DNA from: Lama glama | Taxonomy: Eukaryota | NCBI GenBank assembly: GCA_028534125.1 | Contig: CM052832.1 | Location: 22,074,001-22,138,000 of the forward strand | Direction of reading: 5' to 3' | DNA: 64,000 bases | Shown: positions 50,039-63,720 of the stretch, in pieces | How the letters are laid out: the number at the start of each line of letters is the position of its first letter | Position numbering within the stretch: position 1 is the first letter of the stretch | Made by a program: the position numbers and the translations under genes | The notes under the pieces: model-generated | What the model was told of the DNA's origin: nothing | The model's input: the letters and a program-made list of their open reading frames with translations, nothing else | Database searches by the model: none

Positions 50039-51140
50039 CTATGATTGGACATGATTCACAGATTCTACCTTCAGTCTCACCCACTGTAACTAACCTTCAC
50101 TCTGGGGAAGAGTGCTATGCCCAGGGACCTATCATAACTCGTGGATTTGCCCCAGCAGTTTTGCCAGGCTCCTGCCTAACAGGAGAGGCAGGAATTGGGC
50201 TCCTGTTGCCAGATTCGAGCAGTTGCACAACCCACACCAGACCCTAGGTTGTGCTTTGGGCAGCTGGCTCCTCTCCGTAGGGCCATGCCCAAATCCCAAT
50301 CCATCCCCCTTGCTTGGTCTCTGCCAACGTTCTGCTCATTCTTGCAGTGCTCACCCACCACTGAGATGGAGCATGCCCTGCAGCCAAGTCAGCCCAAATT
50401 GTAGCATCCACTTTCCCCTGACTTCCAGAAAGTTCCTGCCTAGCCCCCCGTGCCCTGTTCTTGCCCCAGGACTGCCTTTCTCCAGGGCTGGCAGCTGCAT
50501 GGGGTTGCCTGGACCCAAGGCCTGGCTTTTCCCCTACCACACGGACCCCATGGCTGTTGGTCCGTCCACACGTGGACCTCACTGACACCAGCTGCCTGCA
50601 TGGATTGCTGCTGGTTGCCTCTCTCTGGAGTCCTGCCAGCCAGCCATCCAGCCAAGCAGGCCCACCCTATGCCTCCCTGACACTCACCACCTTGTAACCC
50701 CAGTCACCCAAGTCACATTTCCCACTCAGTGGTCCGCCCAGTGTCTGGGTCCTGGCCATTCCTCATCTGGCCTCTCTCCCGGACTCTGATGTTCAAAATC
50801 TCATGTGCTATGATGCGAATGACCTAGAACACAGGACCTGCCCATGGGCCTTCTCATTTGTCTCACAATTTCCCAGCCTCCACCACACACTTGCATTGAT
50901 TTCTAGAGGTTTCCTATGTGTTAGTCATCTCCTCAGTTAGGTTTTGAGCCCCATTCAGTTAATGACTATGTCTTCTTCTGAATTAATTTAATACATATTG
51001 AGTCCTTATTATGTGGTAAGCCCTATGCTGGATTCTAGGGTGTGTGTGTGTGTGGAGGGGGTGAGGGGTGGGGTGTGGTGGGGATTATGCAGGGTGAAGC
51101 ACCAGCATAGCATCATCAATCAAGAAGAGGCCTTTATACA

Positions 51141-51270
51141 GAGGGTAGTCATGTGATTGAGCATCCCAAACTGGGAGACTTGTGAGAGTGAAAGGGGCTC
51201 TAAACATGATTAAGTTAATTGGTCTACAGCACATGGAAACCAGGAATTAGAGTCACATTTCTTATGTACT
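51141..51270. mobile_element. MER94-like hAT-Blackjack MITE
   Basis: gagggtagtcat...ccaaactgggagacttgtgagagtgaaagggg. Confidence 0.5.
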
Positions 51271-54200
51271 GTCTAGTTTGGCTTTTGCAGGCCCAATGCA
51301 CTGAGTGAGCACGCGTGCAAAGCCTGACCAGTGGCAGTGCCAGGCCCAGAACCTCCATCTCCTGGCTCCTAGCCCTTGCTGTTTCTGCTTTTCATTTGAA
51401 TATTTGCCCTTAAGAAATTTGTAATCTAATTAGCAAATCTACAAGAATCAGGGGAAAACATATGACAGTGTATGCCAATTAACTGCCAAGTCAATGATAC
51501 AGGCAAGCAGTTGTCAAACAGTGTTCCAGGGAACCCCAGGGTTCCTCAGGCTATCAGAGAGATGCCCCAGGTTAGCACATCCCCACTTCTACTAGAGCCC
51601 CTCTGCTTATATCTGGTTTTCTTATTGGCTTCTGCAGAATTTATTGTCCTCAATAAAGAGATTCATGGCTTTAAAAAGTAGGAAACCGTTTGGTAGACAA
51701 GAAAAAGAAGGGAAAGTCAGAGGAGGGAGAGATCCTTCTTGTGTTGGTAGGCTCTTAGAAGCCAGAGTACTTATGTTAGGCCTTAAAGGATGGGTGGAAT
51801 TTAGATTCTTCTAATGTACTTCCAACCACATCCAACTCAATATTGTGCTGCAAATTGTTGCTTAATAGATGCTAGTTCTTTTCTGGCTCTCGCGTGCACA
51901 CAAGTGCATTCTGCGGTTTAAAAACGTGCACGGCGAGAACAGCTAGCCAACATTACGCCAGGCCTCTCTCTCTGGTTCCCGCTTCCTGAATCATTCCGCA
52001 TCCTCACTCTTCCTGCCTTACTCCTAAAACACATCCAGCATGGCCATTCCCAGTAATGATGGCATGGGAATCCTCCTCTAGTAGGATGGCCCGCGTGCCC
52101 CACCATGAAGGAGCCCTGTTGACTTGCTGCCTAGTGGTGGTGATGAGCTTGCGATGGGGGTCTGATGGCGCTGCTTGTCCACAGACAGGCCAGCGGGTGG
52201 GAGGGGCGGTGACAGGGGCTTATTAGGCGGTTAATGGTTTGACTGCCACTAACCGACTTCCACCAATAGAACACCAGGGCCGTGTGCCCATTCGCACAGG
52301 AAAAGTGCTAACGAACTCCATCCATGCAGTGTGTACCAGCACTCAGATCAGCAGGGAATCTGTAGGGCTTTATTCACCTGTAGCAGAATGAGCCTGAAGG
52401 AAAGGCTTGGAAGCCCATGGATAAAACTCTGCCAGAAGCAGCTGCTGGAAAATCCCACTGCCTCGTTGGTTGCAAAGCGGGGCAAGTGGGCCACAGTGTC
52501 ATCCTGTGCGTGTGCAGGACACAGCAGACAGAACAAGACGTGGAAGAGAAACTGAGTTTGGGTTACACCCAGGCCCTCGTGGCTCAGCTGCCTTATGGCC
52601 ACCATGGTGTCAAAGGAGGCACGATAAACTCCAGTCCTAGTTCAGGTTTTAGGAAGTAGGAGACTTTCTTCCCCCTTAACCCTGGAGCTTCAAATCAGGT
52701 CATTTGCAAAAACAAAGTTCAATTCCATCACATCTACAAAGATTTTCTGTTTGCAATACCTTTCTGTAAATGGAAACCAGCCCAGTTCTCTCATCTTCGA
52801 AGATGCACCACTACCTTTCTGCGACCCTAGAGCAAGTGGCAGGAACTCTGTCTCCCTCCTCTTTGTAAAGATAGGAAATCAATGCTCTCATTTCTTATAG
52901 AAACATAAAGCTCTACCACTCGCAGAGCAGAGAACTGGACTGTCTGCGCTCATTCAAATTATGAATGGACACCGGGTGACTTGCTACCTTGTGCTTGATA
53001 CATATGATACGTGTAAAATGAACAGAAAAGGATGCAGCGTGCATTATCAACAATCATCTGTGACACGTGGCCTTGAATATTCTCAGATACACAAAGGCAA
53101 TGAACAGTCTCATTTAGTTTTGAACATACCCTCAAATATTTGCTATTCATGGAGTATGACAAGCACTTTCCATGCTCATTTCAGCTTCACCTGGATGCTG
53201 GGAAGTAGGTACCATGAGCACCACTTCATAGGTGAAGAGACAGGCACAGGTAATCAGTTGACTTTCCCAAGGCAGCAGAGCTAAGCTTTGAACCTGCATC
53301 TCTCTGAAGCCCACTGCGGTTAATTAACAGGCTCTGCCTTCCTATCAAAAGCCTAATCAAATGTTCTTTATTCTCTGTACTTAATTTTCAACAAGACACT
53401 TTCAATTAGGGAGACAGTGTCTAGAAGACCCTGACACGTAGAATGTGATTAATGCGAAATAAACGCTTCCCCTCTTGAAAGCTGCGATCTGTTTAAGACA
53501 AGTGATATGATCAACAAAGAATCTGGTTTTTAATACAAGCCCCAGGAAGCTTTCTGAACCTCTGACTTCTTGCCTGTCAAGAACATATTTAAAAACCAAA
53601 GACTCAACTTTTCTGTCACCTACCAATGACAAGGCATGGCAAAGACATTTTGCTACAATGCCTAAGGAAAGTTAGGCTCCTGGGAAATTAATCATTATTT
53701 AACCCTCGTTGAAGGAAATAAATTTGTCAAATTTAGACCTACATCAAGGAAAGGCAGACACATGCCTCCTGGAAATCAGGACCGAATAGCATAAAACCTG
53801 TACACTCTGCACCCATAAACCTTTGTATTTTGATTTTACATTTTGTGCTCCACTTAACAACTTAACTGCATTTCAATGTGTGTCACAAGGATTTTGGCTC
53901 ATGTCTTTTAGCTGGTAAAATAAATGCACTCATGAACTTCAAGAACACAAACAGGAAATCGGTTTATACTGAGAGACAACTAAGGATTAGAAGAAAAAAA
54001 AATCCTGGTGTCAAGATGAGAACTGACATCGGAGCAGAAAACAAGAATTGCAAGGGAGACAGAAAGAACAACAGCGTGTAGAATAAAGTTTAATAACCAA
54101 GCCCGGAGGGTCTTAGCTTTTCAAAATGTGAGTAGGCGCTGGACTGACTGACAATTGAGTGGATTTTATTTCCAATGTTATGTCTAATGCATGTGAATTT

Positions 54201-56839
54201 GAGAAACTCAATTATTCGATGCCTCAATTTCTTCATCTGTAAAATGGAGTCACTGAACGCCTGCTCAAGCCTTTGTGGATATAAAGATCACCGGGATAAG
54301 GATGACAAGATGCTATGGAGAAATACGCTGTATGGATATGAAACACATCTCTTATTGCAAGCTCGGCTATATTTCACTTTCATTTTCTTCTGACTATTAA
54401 GTAATACTCGAAGACAAGTCCTCAGGCACCCATTGAAGTCCCTTGTCCTGGACGATTACTTCCCCATTCTTTTTTTCAAGTTCTTATTCGGAACTCATAA
54501 GAAACCAAAAGTTTATTAGTTACTCCAGGTTCATCTCTGATGCTTGAATTGGAATGCATAGCTATAATTAATGTCTTAAATGTCAGGCTTATTTAAAAGA
54601 CAATGGGTGGTGAAAACAGGAAATTGGGTATTTTTCCTTCTGCAGCACAATTTTTTATGATAAAGGTCAATCATTGTTATACACAGTGTAATTTTTTTTC
54701 AATGAGTACATCAATTAGGAAGAAATTTAGGAAAAATTAATTAGTTATTGTAGGAGAACAAAGAAGATTGCTGAGCATCCTGTTATGCTAATTTAGCATG
54801 TGAGTTCTGTAATACAAAATGATTCAGTCAACTCCAAGTTCTTTCGGGAGTAGAAGGTTGCCTTCAATATCACAGCAGCCTGGAAATGAGTGTGTCTTCT
54901 TACAGATGCCGTACAGGTTTTAGCTATTGACTGTTTCAAGGGCACATTGAATATTTCCTGGCCAGTTAGTAAAATACCCTGAGATGGAACTTTACCTGTG
55001 CAGCTATAACTATTAGACACTGACTGCTGCCACCTTGAAAGGCCATTGGACTTACTCTCAGGATATCAGCCAGATAAACTGTGGGAAAGAGGCCCTGGGT
55101 TACTTGGAAACAGGACACAAAGAGGGATCTGGAGAACAGGGTTTCAGGTCTGGCATCCTTTTACATCCTGTCCTTCAACCTGGTGTAGCTGTGCACCCGT
55201 CCCAATTAGTGTCTCACCTCGGACAGCTCAGGTCTAGTTGAGCTCTGTAGACCAGGGAGGGAGGCAACTTGGACCTTGCCTTCTAAAGAGCTCTACCTTG
55301 GTGGGACAAGGGTAGATTGGTCATGATAGGAAAATGGAAGGCATGTTGTGAAGCAGAGGAATTTAACATGGATCAAGTCAGAACTCAGAGGAGAGGAGCT
55401 GAGGGTAACAAGAGCCAAGGTGGGCATCATTTACCAGCACCTCAGGGGACCAGAGTCAAGGCACTGCTCTGAGCGCAGGTCTGCAGAACCTTCTTCAACA
55501 ACAAAGGCTTCTGAGCTCCTGCGACGTGCCGAGCACTGTGCCAGGCAGTGGGAATACTGCAGGAGTATGTGTTATTTTAGTCACTTACTATCCATTCCAC
55601 CTTTTCTTCCAGTAATAACTCCATAGGTTTCTTTTAGGGAACCACTCCTACCCATCCTTGCGCAGTCCACGTGGTGTACAGGGTCTCCACCCACAGCTTC
55701 CAAGCTGAAGCATGTGCCTCAGGGCTGGCCAGTCACCACACTGAATTCCAGTAGCTAGTAATTGGCTCAGAAGTGGCTGAGTCACTCAGGTCCCTCCAAT
55801 CAGAATGAACCCAGAATTTAAGAGGGAAGCACCAGGAAGATATCTTATAACCGTAAGAATGAAGTCACCAGGAGCCACTACATAGCACCTAACCCACACC
55901 GTGGGAGGGAGAACTTAGACGGAGAAAACTGGGATTCTGAAGATGCTATTTGAGCCTCTGAATCCAGGATTTATCAGTCTGGCACTAGCCTTGAACTTTT
56001 CAATTTTATGAGCCGATAGATTTCCTTTTTTTTTTTTTTTCAGTACCCCACCCTTTTGGCTTAAGCCAGTTTGATTTAATTTTTATGTCCTTGGCCACCA
56101 ACACTTCAGAGTTTTGACACAGAGTCATAAATGAAAAGACATCATGCCTGCTACTTTGGCAGGAGACGTGTGGTTAAGTACAAATATAGACATACGATCC
56201 TAGTGTGAGCAGGGAAGAGCGGAGTAAGTTTCTGGGGGAGTAAGTTTCCTCAGCCTGAGAGGGTAACAGTTGGTGACTAACCTACACTCCTACTGACCAT
56301 AAGACATACAATCTCTCTTCCTGCATGCTTCAAGCTAATTAGTTCTTGGAGGATCCAGTAGTCTGGAAAAAATTTCTGGCAACTCCTTTTCCTCTCCAAT
56401 TTCTTCTCTTCTCTCAACTGTGCATTTTCATTAACTGGTGGGTATGGCTGAAGACCCTACAGTCTTAGTCAAAGACTGAGCAGGTGAAAAGGACAAGAGA
56501 AAATATTTTTCTCTCTTTCGGGAAGCAGTGATTGGCCTTCACCCCCATCCACAGCAAGCACAGGTCATGTAAATTACAAAAAAAAAGGAACTTACTGCAC
56601 TGTCAAATATTTCTTATGGCTGGATATTCTTTTGAGAAAGAGAATTACTGAAAAACTCTAAATTCCTGGATTCATGTGGCTCTTGTGCTTGCTGGACGTC
56701 CTGCTTCAGCCTTCAAACGTTCCCTGTGGAACTTTTGATTGCTGTGGCTACTGTGGCTATGTTTTGAATTCGTAAGGTCTGCTTGGCAAAACTCAGACTG
56801 GCAATATTCTCTAGGATCCAAGGTCTTGAGTTGCAGGCT

Positions 56840-57075
56840 GGCATGGAAGAGGCAGAATAGTGAAGTGGAAAGAATGTGACCTTAGAGTCAGATGGATCCA
56901 TTTTGATTTCTTGCTGCATCCAATCAAGAAAATTAGCTTCTCTGAGCATTGATCTCATTTGTGAAATGAAGATAATAGTACATCACCCCTGGGTTTCTGT
57001 GATGTCTGAATAAGATCAAGTGCCTTGCACATGGCATGTCAGGTTCAGAATCATTATAAAGTAAATGGTAATAAT
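56840..57075 (+). mobile_element. MIR SINE
   Basis: agtggaaagaatgtgaccttagagtcaga...ctctgagc...ctcatttgtgaaatgaagataatagtac. Confidence 0.7.
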
Positions 57076-58220
57076 CAGTGTGTATAATCTATGTGAATTC
57101 TGTCTCTAAAAAGCAAGAGTTAATAAATGTCTAACCAGACCTCTACTTCCCCTTCTCCAAGCTCAGTGGACCCAGCTAACTCACTCCCATTCCCAGATCA
57201 TGAGGGCTAGAGTTCCCAACCATAATTTACAAAGTAACAGAGAAACTGGTGAGCCGTGTCCAGCTGGGATCACAGTGGGGAGGGCAGATTACAGAGTGAC
57301 AGCTGGCCTGGGAGAGAAGCCCTCCCTAAAAGTGCGAGGGGCTCTGTTCCAGGCTGCAGAGCCGGCACTGGCGGAGATGGGAGGCTGATTTCTTCTCCAT
57401 CTTCACCTGCACAGTCACCTCCACGCAGCTGACTCTGTAACACAGCTCGGCTTCTTTGCAGAGCCTCACCCCATGCCACCCACCGCAAGTGCACGCTCCT
57501 TGAGGGCAGAGACTGGATCTTTTACTCACTGCTGGGACTTGATGCCTTGACCGTGCCTGGTATACAGTCAACACACGATGAATATTTAGGAAGCGCTATA
57601 TACATACATGAATCCAGAGTGCTGACCACTTTCCCTTGTCAGTCTCTCCCTAGGGCTCTGTCTGGATTTGTGAAAACATGAAAGGGCTGATAAAAAATCA
57701 TGTTGCCAGACAACAGGGCAATCTTTCACCCTCTCAGCCTTGACTTCCCAGATAGACACCCAGACCTTAAACTTGGCTCTGGAGACGGGAGGAGAGCCTT
57801 TTGACAGCTCGAAGGAGATTAGACGGGGCAGGCGAAAAGGCCGAGTTGATGTCCTCCTACACCTCTCTGGAGCCAAAAGCACTCAAAAAGTTTCATCTCC
57901 AGCTGGATATTTTGTTACATTATATTTATATCATGAAGGAACTGCTTTAAATGCTTAGGAACTGAGACCCATCCCCCCACCCCCCAATAGTAGTAGCTTG
58001 AGCAAGATAAATTTCTCTCTCACAAAACGAGGAGGCTGGAGGCAGGCAGCCAAGGGCTGGTGCGATGGCACCATAGTGTCGTCAAGATCTGGCCTCCTCT
58101 TGGCTTTCTTCTCTGCCATCCTTAGCACATGGCTCCCATCTTCACCAGAGCTGGTGCTAAAACCATCTCATCCGGGTTGGAGGATGGTCTGAGGACAAAG
58201 GGGTGCTTGCCAGCCGAGTC

Positions 58221-58730
58221 CAGGCACACCTCGCTTTACTCTGCTTCTCCTCATTGCCCGTGGCAGATACTGCTTTTTTATTTTTACTTTTCTAACAAAT
58301 CGAAGGTTTGTAACAACCCTGCATCGAGCAAGCCTGTTGGTGCCTTTTTCCAACAGCATTTGCTCACTTCCTGTCTCATTCCGTGTCGCACGTTGGTAAT
58401 TCTCGCAAGATTTCACATTTGTTCATTATAATGATACTGGTTATGCTGATCCGTGATCAGTGATCTCTGATGTGACTACTGCAAAAAGATTCCAACTTGC
58501 TGAAGCCTCAGTGATGGTTAGCATTTTTCAGCAATAAAGCATGTTTTAATTAAGGTATGTGCTTTTTTCAGACATAAAGCTATTGCACACTTAGTGGACT
58601 ACCGTAGAGTGTAAACATAACTTTTAGATGCACTGGAAAACCAGGAAATTCACGTGACCTGCTTTACTGTGCTACTCGCTTTGCTGTGGCAGTCTGGAAC
58701 CGAAGCTGCAGTTTCTCTGAGGTCTGCCTG
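58221..58730 (+). mobile_element. Tigger1-derived non-autonomous TcMar DNA transposon
   Basis: TIRs caggcacacctc ... gaggtctgcctg; homologous to 18895-19351. Confidence 0.85.
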
Positions 58731-58791
58731 TGGACCTTGCCCAGAAGCTCTGTCCGAAGCCTTCCGTCCCATCTCCTCGGCCATTCCTTCC

Positions 58792-59291
58792 NNNNNNNNN
58801 NNNNNNNNNNNNNNNNNNNNNNNNNNNNNNNNNNNNNNNNNNNNNNNNNNNNNNNNNNNNNNNNNNNNNNNNNNNNNNNNNNNNNNNNNNNNNNNNNNNN
58901 NNNNNNNNNNNNNNNNNNNNNNNNNNNNNNNNNNNNNNNNNNNNNNNNNNNNNNNNNNNNNNNNNNNNNNNNNNNNNNNNNNNNNNNNNNNNNNNNNNNN
59001 NNNNNNNNNNNNNNNNNNNNNNNNNNNNNNNNNNNNNNNNNNNNNNNNNNNNNNNNNNNNNNNNNNNNNNNNNNNNNNNNNNNNNNNNNNNNNNNNNNNN
59101 NNNNNNNNNNNNNNNNNNNNNNNNNNNNNNNNNNNNNNNNNNNNNNNNNNNNNNNNNNNNNNNNNNNNNNNNNNNNNNNNNNNNNNNNNNNNNNNNNNNN
59201 NNNNNNNNNNNNNNNNNNNNNNNNNNNNNNNNNNNNNNNNNNNNNNNNNNNNNNNNNNNNNNNNNNNNNNNNNNNNNNNNNNNNNNNNNNN
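58792..59291. other. Assembly gap (500 N)
   Basis: Run of exactly 500 N. Confidence 1.
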
Positions 59292-59454
59292 ACCCTTCTC
59301 CACAAATCCTTCCCCCTCATCTCCTGGTGCCCCCACTGCTACTCTCCTGGCCATCTCAACTGCTTGTATGATTAAGAAGCAGCTACTCAGCTGGTTTCTC
59401 CCATTCTAGTCCCCACTGCAATCCATCTTCACAATCTTTCTAAAACACAGATAC

Positions 59455-60070
59455 AATTATTCTTCCACTCAGCAGATACTTATTGAGTGTCTCCTACATG
59501 ACCAGCATGGTTCCAATTACTGGGCTTCAGTGGCATACAAAACTAAGTCTGTACATTCATGGAACTTGCATGGCAAGAGAGACAGACAATAAGCAAATTA
59601 GCAAATGTTACATACTAAAATGATGGGCAGAGGTAAATGCTATAAAAGGAAAGTGAGATAGGAATGTTTTTAGATAGGGTGGCCAAGGAAGGTGTTTGAG
59701 AGGTGATAGCACCTTCAGAATGGTGTGAGGAAGCAAACTAGGTGAATGTCAGAAAAGAGAATGTACCAGAGTGAAAACGCTCTAAAGTGGGACTTGCTCA
59801 GTGAGTTCAAAGAGGCCAGTGAGGCTGGAGTGGAGCCAACCACTGGAGAGTGGAGGAGATGAGGCCAGGGAGATGATGAGGGACCAGATCCCTAGAGACC
59901 TGTTCAGCCACTGAAAGCTTTTCAGCAGGGAATGGAGGTGATTTGACTCACGTTTCATCCATCACTCTCTCTCTTGAATAGAAAAGAAACTATATAAGGG
60001 ATCAAGAATGGTTACAGGGAGGTCAGTTTAAAGGCTTTTACATAGTTTTGGCAAGAAATGATGAAGGGCT
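59455..60070 (-). mobile_element. L2 LINE fragment
   Basis: cactcagcagatacttattgagtg...ttttagatagggtggccaaggaagg...gaggccagtgaggctggag. Confidence 0.7.
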
Positions 60071-60094
60071 TATTTTATTTAATTTTATTCATTC

Positions 60095-60640
60095 ATTTTT
60101 TATTGTGGTAAAATATATATAACATAAAAATTACCATTTAAACCACTTTGAGCATACAGTTCAGTGGCATTCACATTGTTGTGCAACCGTTATCCATGTC
60201 TAGAATTTTGCATCTTCCCAAACTGAAATTCTGTATCCATTAAATAATAATTCATTCCCTCCTCCCCCCCAGCCCCCAGCAACCTCTGCTTTACTTTCTG
60301 TCTCTATGAATATGACTATTCTCGTTACCTCATGTAAGTGGAATTATGTAACGATGTCTTTTTGTCTCTGATTTGTTCACTTGACATCCTCAAGTTTCAT
60401 CCATGTTGTAGCGTGTGTCAGAATTTCCTCCCTTTTTAAGGCTGAATAACATTTCATTGTGTGTGTAGACCACATTTTGTTCATCCACTCATTCGCTGAT
60501 GGACATTTAGGTTGTTCCCACCTTTCGGCTATTGTAAGTAATGGTGCTATGAATATGAGTCTGTACATAACTATTCAAATCGCTGCTTTCATTTCTTTGG
60601 GGTATCCCCAGGAGTGGAACTGCTGGATCATACAGTAAGT
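60095..60640 (-). mobile_element. LINE-1 3' end (L1MB-like)
   Basis: ttattgtggtaaaatatatataacataaaa... ORF remnant RWEQPKCPSANEWMNKMW is the L1 ORF2 C-terminus. Confidence 0.9.
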
Positions 60641-61849
60641 CTTGTGGGTTTATTTTGACCATAGAGATGACAGGCATCTACTCCTCTGCTTAGACATTTT
60701 TCAGGGGATTTTACTGCCTTTAGGACAAAGTCCAAAGTCAGTTCAAACATCCTGCGCGAGCTCACCCTCTGTCAGTCTTTCACAATCGCCTGCCCCCGCG
60801 TTCTAAACTCTGGTGAATTTCTTTGAATCCCTAGAATAGGCCATGCTGTTTCCTCTTCTAAGAACTGCCCCTTCCCCCCAGCCCCTCAGGCCAGCTGACT
60901 TGTACTTACTCTCAGTTCTCCCTTACAGGGCATCTCTCTGTCCCACCAAGTTCAGGTTGGATTTTCAAGTGCCACCATCCTGCATGCTCCCTGAGGACCT
61001 TGCTTCCCCCCACCATGTGCATCACCCATCTTTGCAGTGCTGTCATAGATTGACTGGTTTGTGTCACCCTCGATGTGGTAGGTACCATATCTGTCACAGA
61101 CCTGATAACACAGGTAGAGGGAGTATTTATTGAATAAGTGGACAAAAGAGGATGTGCAATAAAATTGCAATCTGTCCTTCCTCGAGACAGAGCACTTTAA
61201 AACATGAGTTACAAACAAAAACACCTCTAGGAGCCAGATAATCTAAATGTGTGATGCTGAAAGTAAAGGCTTAACAAAGTAGAGAAGAGTGGAACTGTGG
61301 TCTTCTGGAGCTACCCTGCTCTGTAGGATCACGACTGGCTACACATGACTATTTACATTAACATTCGTTAAAGCTAAATAAAATTTAAATTCAGTTCCTC
61401 CATCAAACCAGCCACATTTAAAAATCTTAAACACCGTGCTGGCCAAGCAAAGCACTTTGGGACCTCAGTTTCTAACCCTGATCTCAGCAATGAATATTCT
61501 GATAAAGCCAAGATACTTGGAGACTGAAGCACAGGGGTGTGTCTTTGTGGAAATGAGAGTCGTTCTAAGGATGAGAGAATGACATTGAGGATTTGTTCAT
61601 GACCCACCTCACACGGTGGCCTCTTTCTGAAAACCCTGGGGGAAATTTCCCTCTGCTCTCCGTGTCAGGCGTAGTTGCATGTTTTCCCATCATGGTCTAA
61701 TTCTGTAATTGATCAGATTTCCCTTTGTGCATGGCTGCTGAAAGCTCAGAGCCAAAGGTGACCCAGCAGTAGCCAAACCTCATTCTGTGCATAAAACCCT
61801 TAACTTTATCTTATTTCTCCTATTCTACCTCCCTTTTAAAAAAATTCCA

Positions 61850-62710
61850 TGGCATGTGTTTTATAAATACATTTTTTCTCCTAGTGAATCTACCTCACTT
61901 ATTTTGGTGCGCTACAGTATTCCATTGCATGGACGCTCTGCAGTTTAACTCCCCATCCCTTTATTGACAGGCCTTTGAGTTGTTTCCTTTTCTCCCTGTT
62001 ACAAACAGTGCTAATGCACACCCCTGTACGGATTTCCTTACCCTGGTATGTGAGAGTGGGCTGAGAATGAAACTGCCTGGGTTGAAGGTTATGCTTATTT
62101 TTAACTTTGAGATGTTGCCAAATTGCCCTCCAAAGTCCTTGTACCAATTTACGTTCCCACCAGCTATGGATGAGAACCTGACTTTCACACCCTGCCGTCT
62201 TTTGGAATTGTTACAATTTTTGCCAATATAATGGGTTTGAAATATCTCCCTGTTGTTTTGTTCTGCATTTCCCCCCAGCACTCACGACACTGTGTCTGTT
62301 TTCCTACTTACTGGCCTAACTGTGGTTTTTCCTCTCTTGAGTTTCCAATACAGATCCTTCACCCACTTTCTGTTGGAGTGTTTGTCATCTTTTTATTGAC
62401 TGACGGGAACCATGTAAATTCACTTTTTAAATAACAGCTTTATTGGGATATAATGTGCATAGCCATAAAATTCACCCTTCTAAGGTATACAATTCGGTGG
62501 TTTTTAGTGTATGCACAGAGTTGTGCAACCAACACCACTATCTAGTTTTAGAACATTTTTGTCACCCCCAAAAGAAGCCCTGTAACCCTGAGCAGCCACT
62601 CCCCAGATCTTCCTACCGCTACCCTCTAGCCCCAGACAACCACCGGTCTCCTTTCTGTCTCTAGGAATTCACTTACTTAGTACATTTCATATAAATGGAA
62701 TCATATAATA
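61850..62710 (-). mobile_element. Old L1 (L1ME/MC-like) fragments
   Basis: gtattccattg, ttgccaaattgccctccaaag...accaatttac, and a second L1 3' end starting aacagctttattgggatataa at ~62433. Confidence 0.7.
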
Positions 62711-63614
62711 AAATCCATTTTGAAATAATGCAGAATTATAAATAAATAGTTATTTTGATGAGTGACAGGAAAATTCTACATTTTTGAATTATGTAAGTGG
62801 TCCTTCATGCTTAGATGCTTTTTACTGGAATCTAAATCTTGAGGTTTTTCTCCCCCCTCTAACATCAGCATGATGAACAAATATATACATATGTAGTTCT
62901 AATCTTGCCTTCCTGATCTTTGTCATCTTTCACCTTCAAGGATTCCCAGAGATCAAAATCTCCCCTCTGAAAAGCACTGGCCTGGAGCAAATCATTGTCT
63001 AAACACAGCTCTCTTAAGAGCAGAGCTAAAATTCAGTTTTGTTTACATTTGGCTGAACTGAAAGGGGTCATTTCAAGAAAGAGTCAAGGATTAGAAAAGG
63101 AAATGGCCTGGAATGAGTCTAAAAGATTTAATGTTTAAAAACTGGGGAACTCTAAGGGAACTTCCAGCTATTATCAACTGCATGATTGAAAAGGTATCAA
63201 GTGTTAGAGTAACTGGCCAAACCAAAGTTTCTTTCAAGGTAAACATCCCAAAGTATATATTTATGTGTATACATAAATGCAGTGTACAGTGCCGAAATGT
63301 GGACACAGACCATAACATTCCTCTAGGAAATACATTCCTTGAGAGTTGAAGGTGCGGGTGGCGGAGACAAAAAAGGATGGTCCATATTGAATGAGAAATT
63401 TATCATCACCGTTTTTCAGCCCACAAGACAAAAAAGGATGGGGTTAAACAGAAATGAAAGTAGCTGTAATCATAAGTCAAATACAATGTTCACATATTTT
63501 GTTTGTCTAATCGTTCTGAAGCAAACAATGGTGGTGGTTATTGGTTTTCTTTGCATGTTCTGATATGCAAAATGGTATTTTTAATTTCATGGATTTAAAG
63601 CTCAACATTGTGTT

Positions 63615-63720
63615 CTTTTCTTTTTCTTTTTCTTTTTTTTTAATGGAGGTCCTGGGGATGGAACCCAGGACCGCACGCATACCAAGCACGTGCTCTACCA
63701 CTGAGCTCGGCCCTCTCCCC
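63615..63720 (-). mobile_element. Camelid tRNA-Ala-derived SINE (vic-1-like), diverged
   Basis: taatggaggtcctggggatggaacccagg...ctctaccactgagct plus a T-rich tail on the plus strand. Confidence 0.85.

Noticed and set aside
49884..50084. ORFs resembling L1 ORF2 C-terminus (also 17076-17267 and 60377-60568)
   Set aside because: Short decayed remnants of 5'-truncated L1 copies; no intact RT or endonuclease.
58650..59409. Five ORFs over 200 aa
   Set aside because: Artefacts of translating through the N gap.
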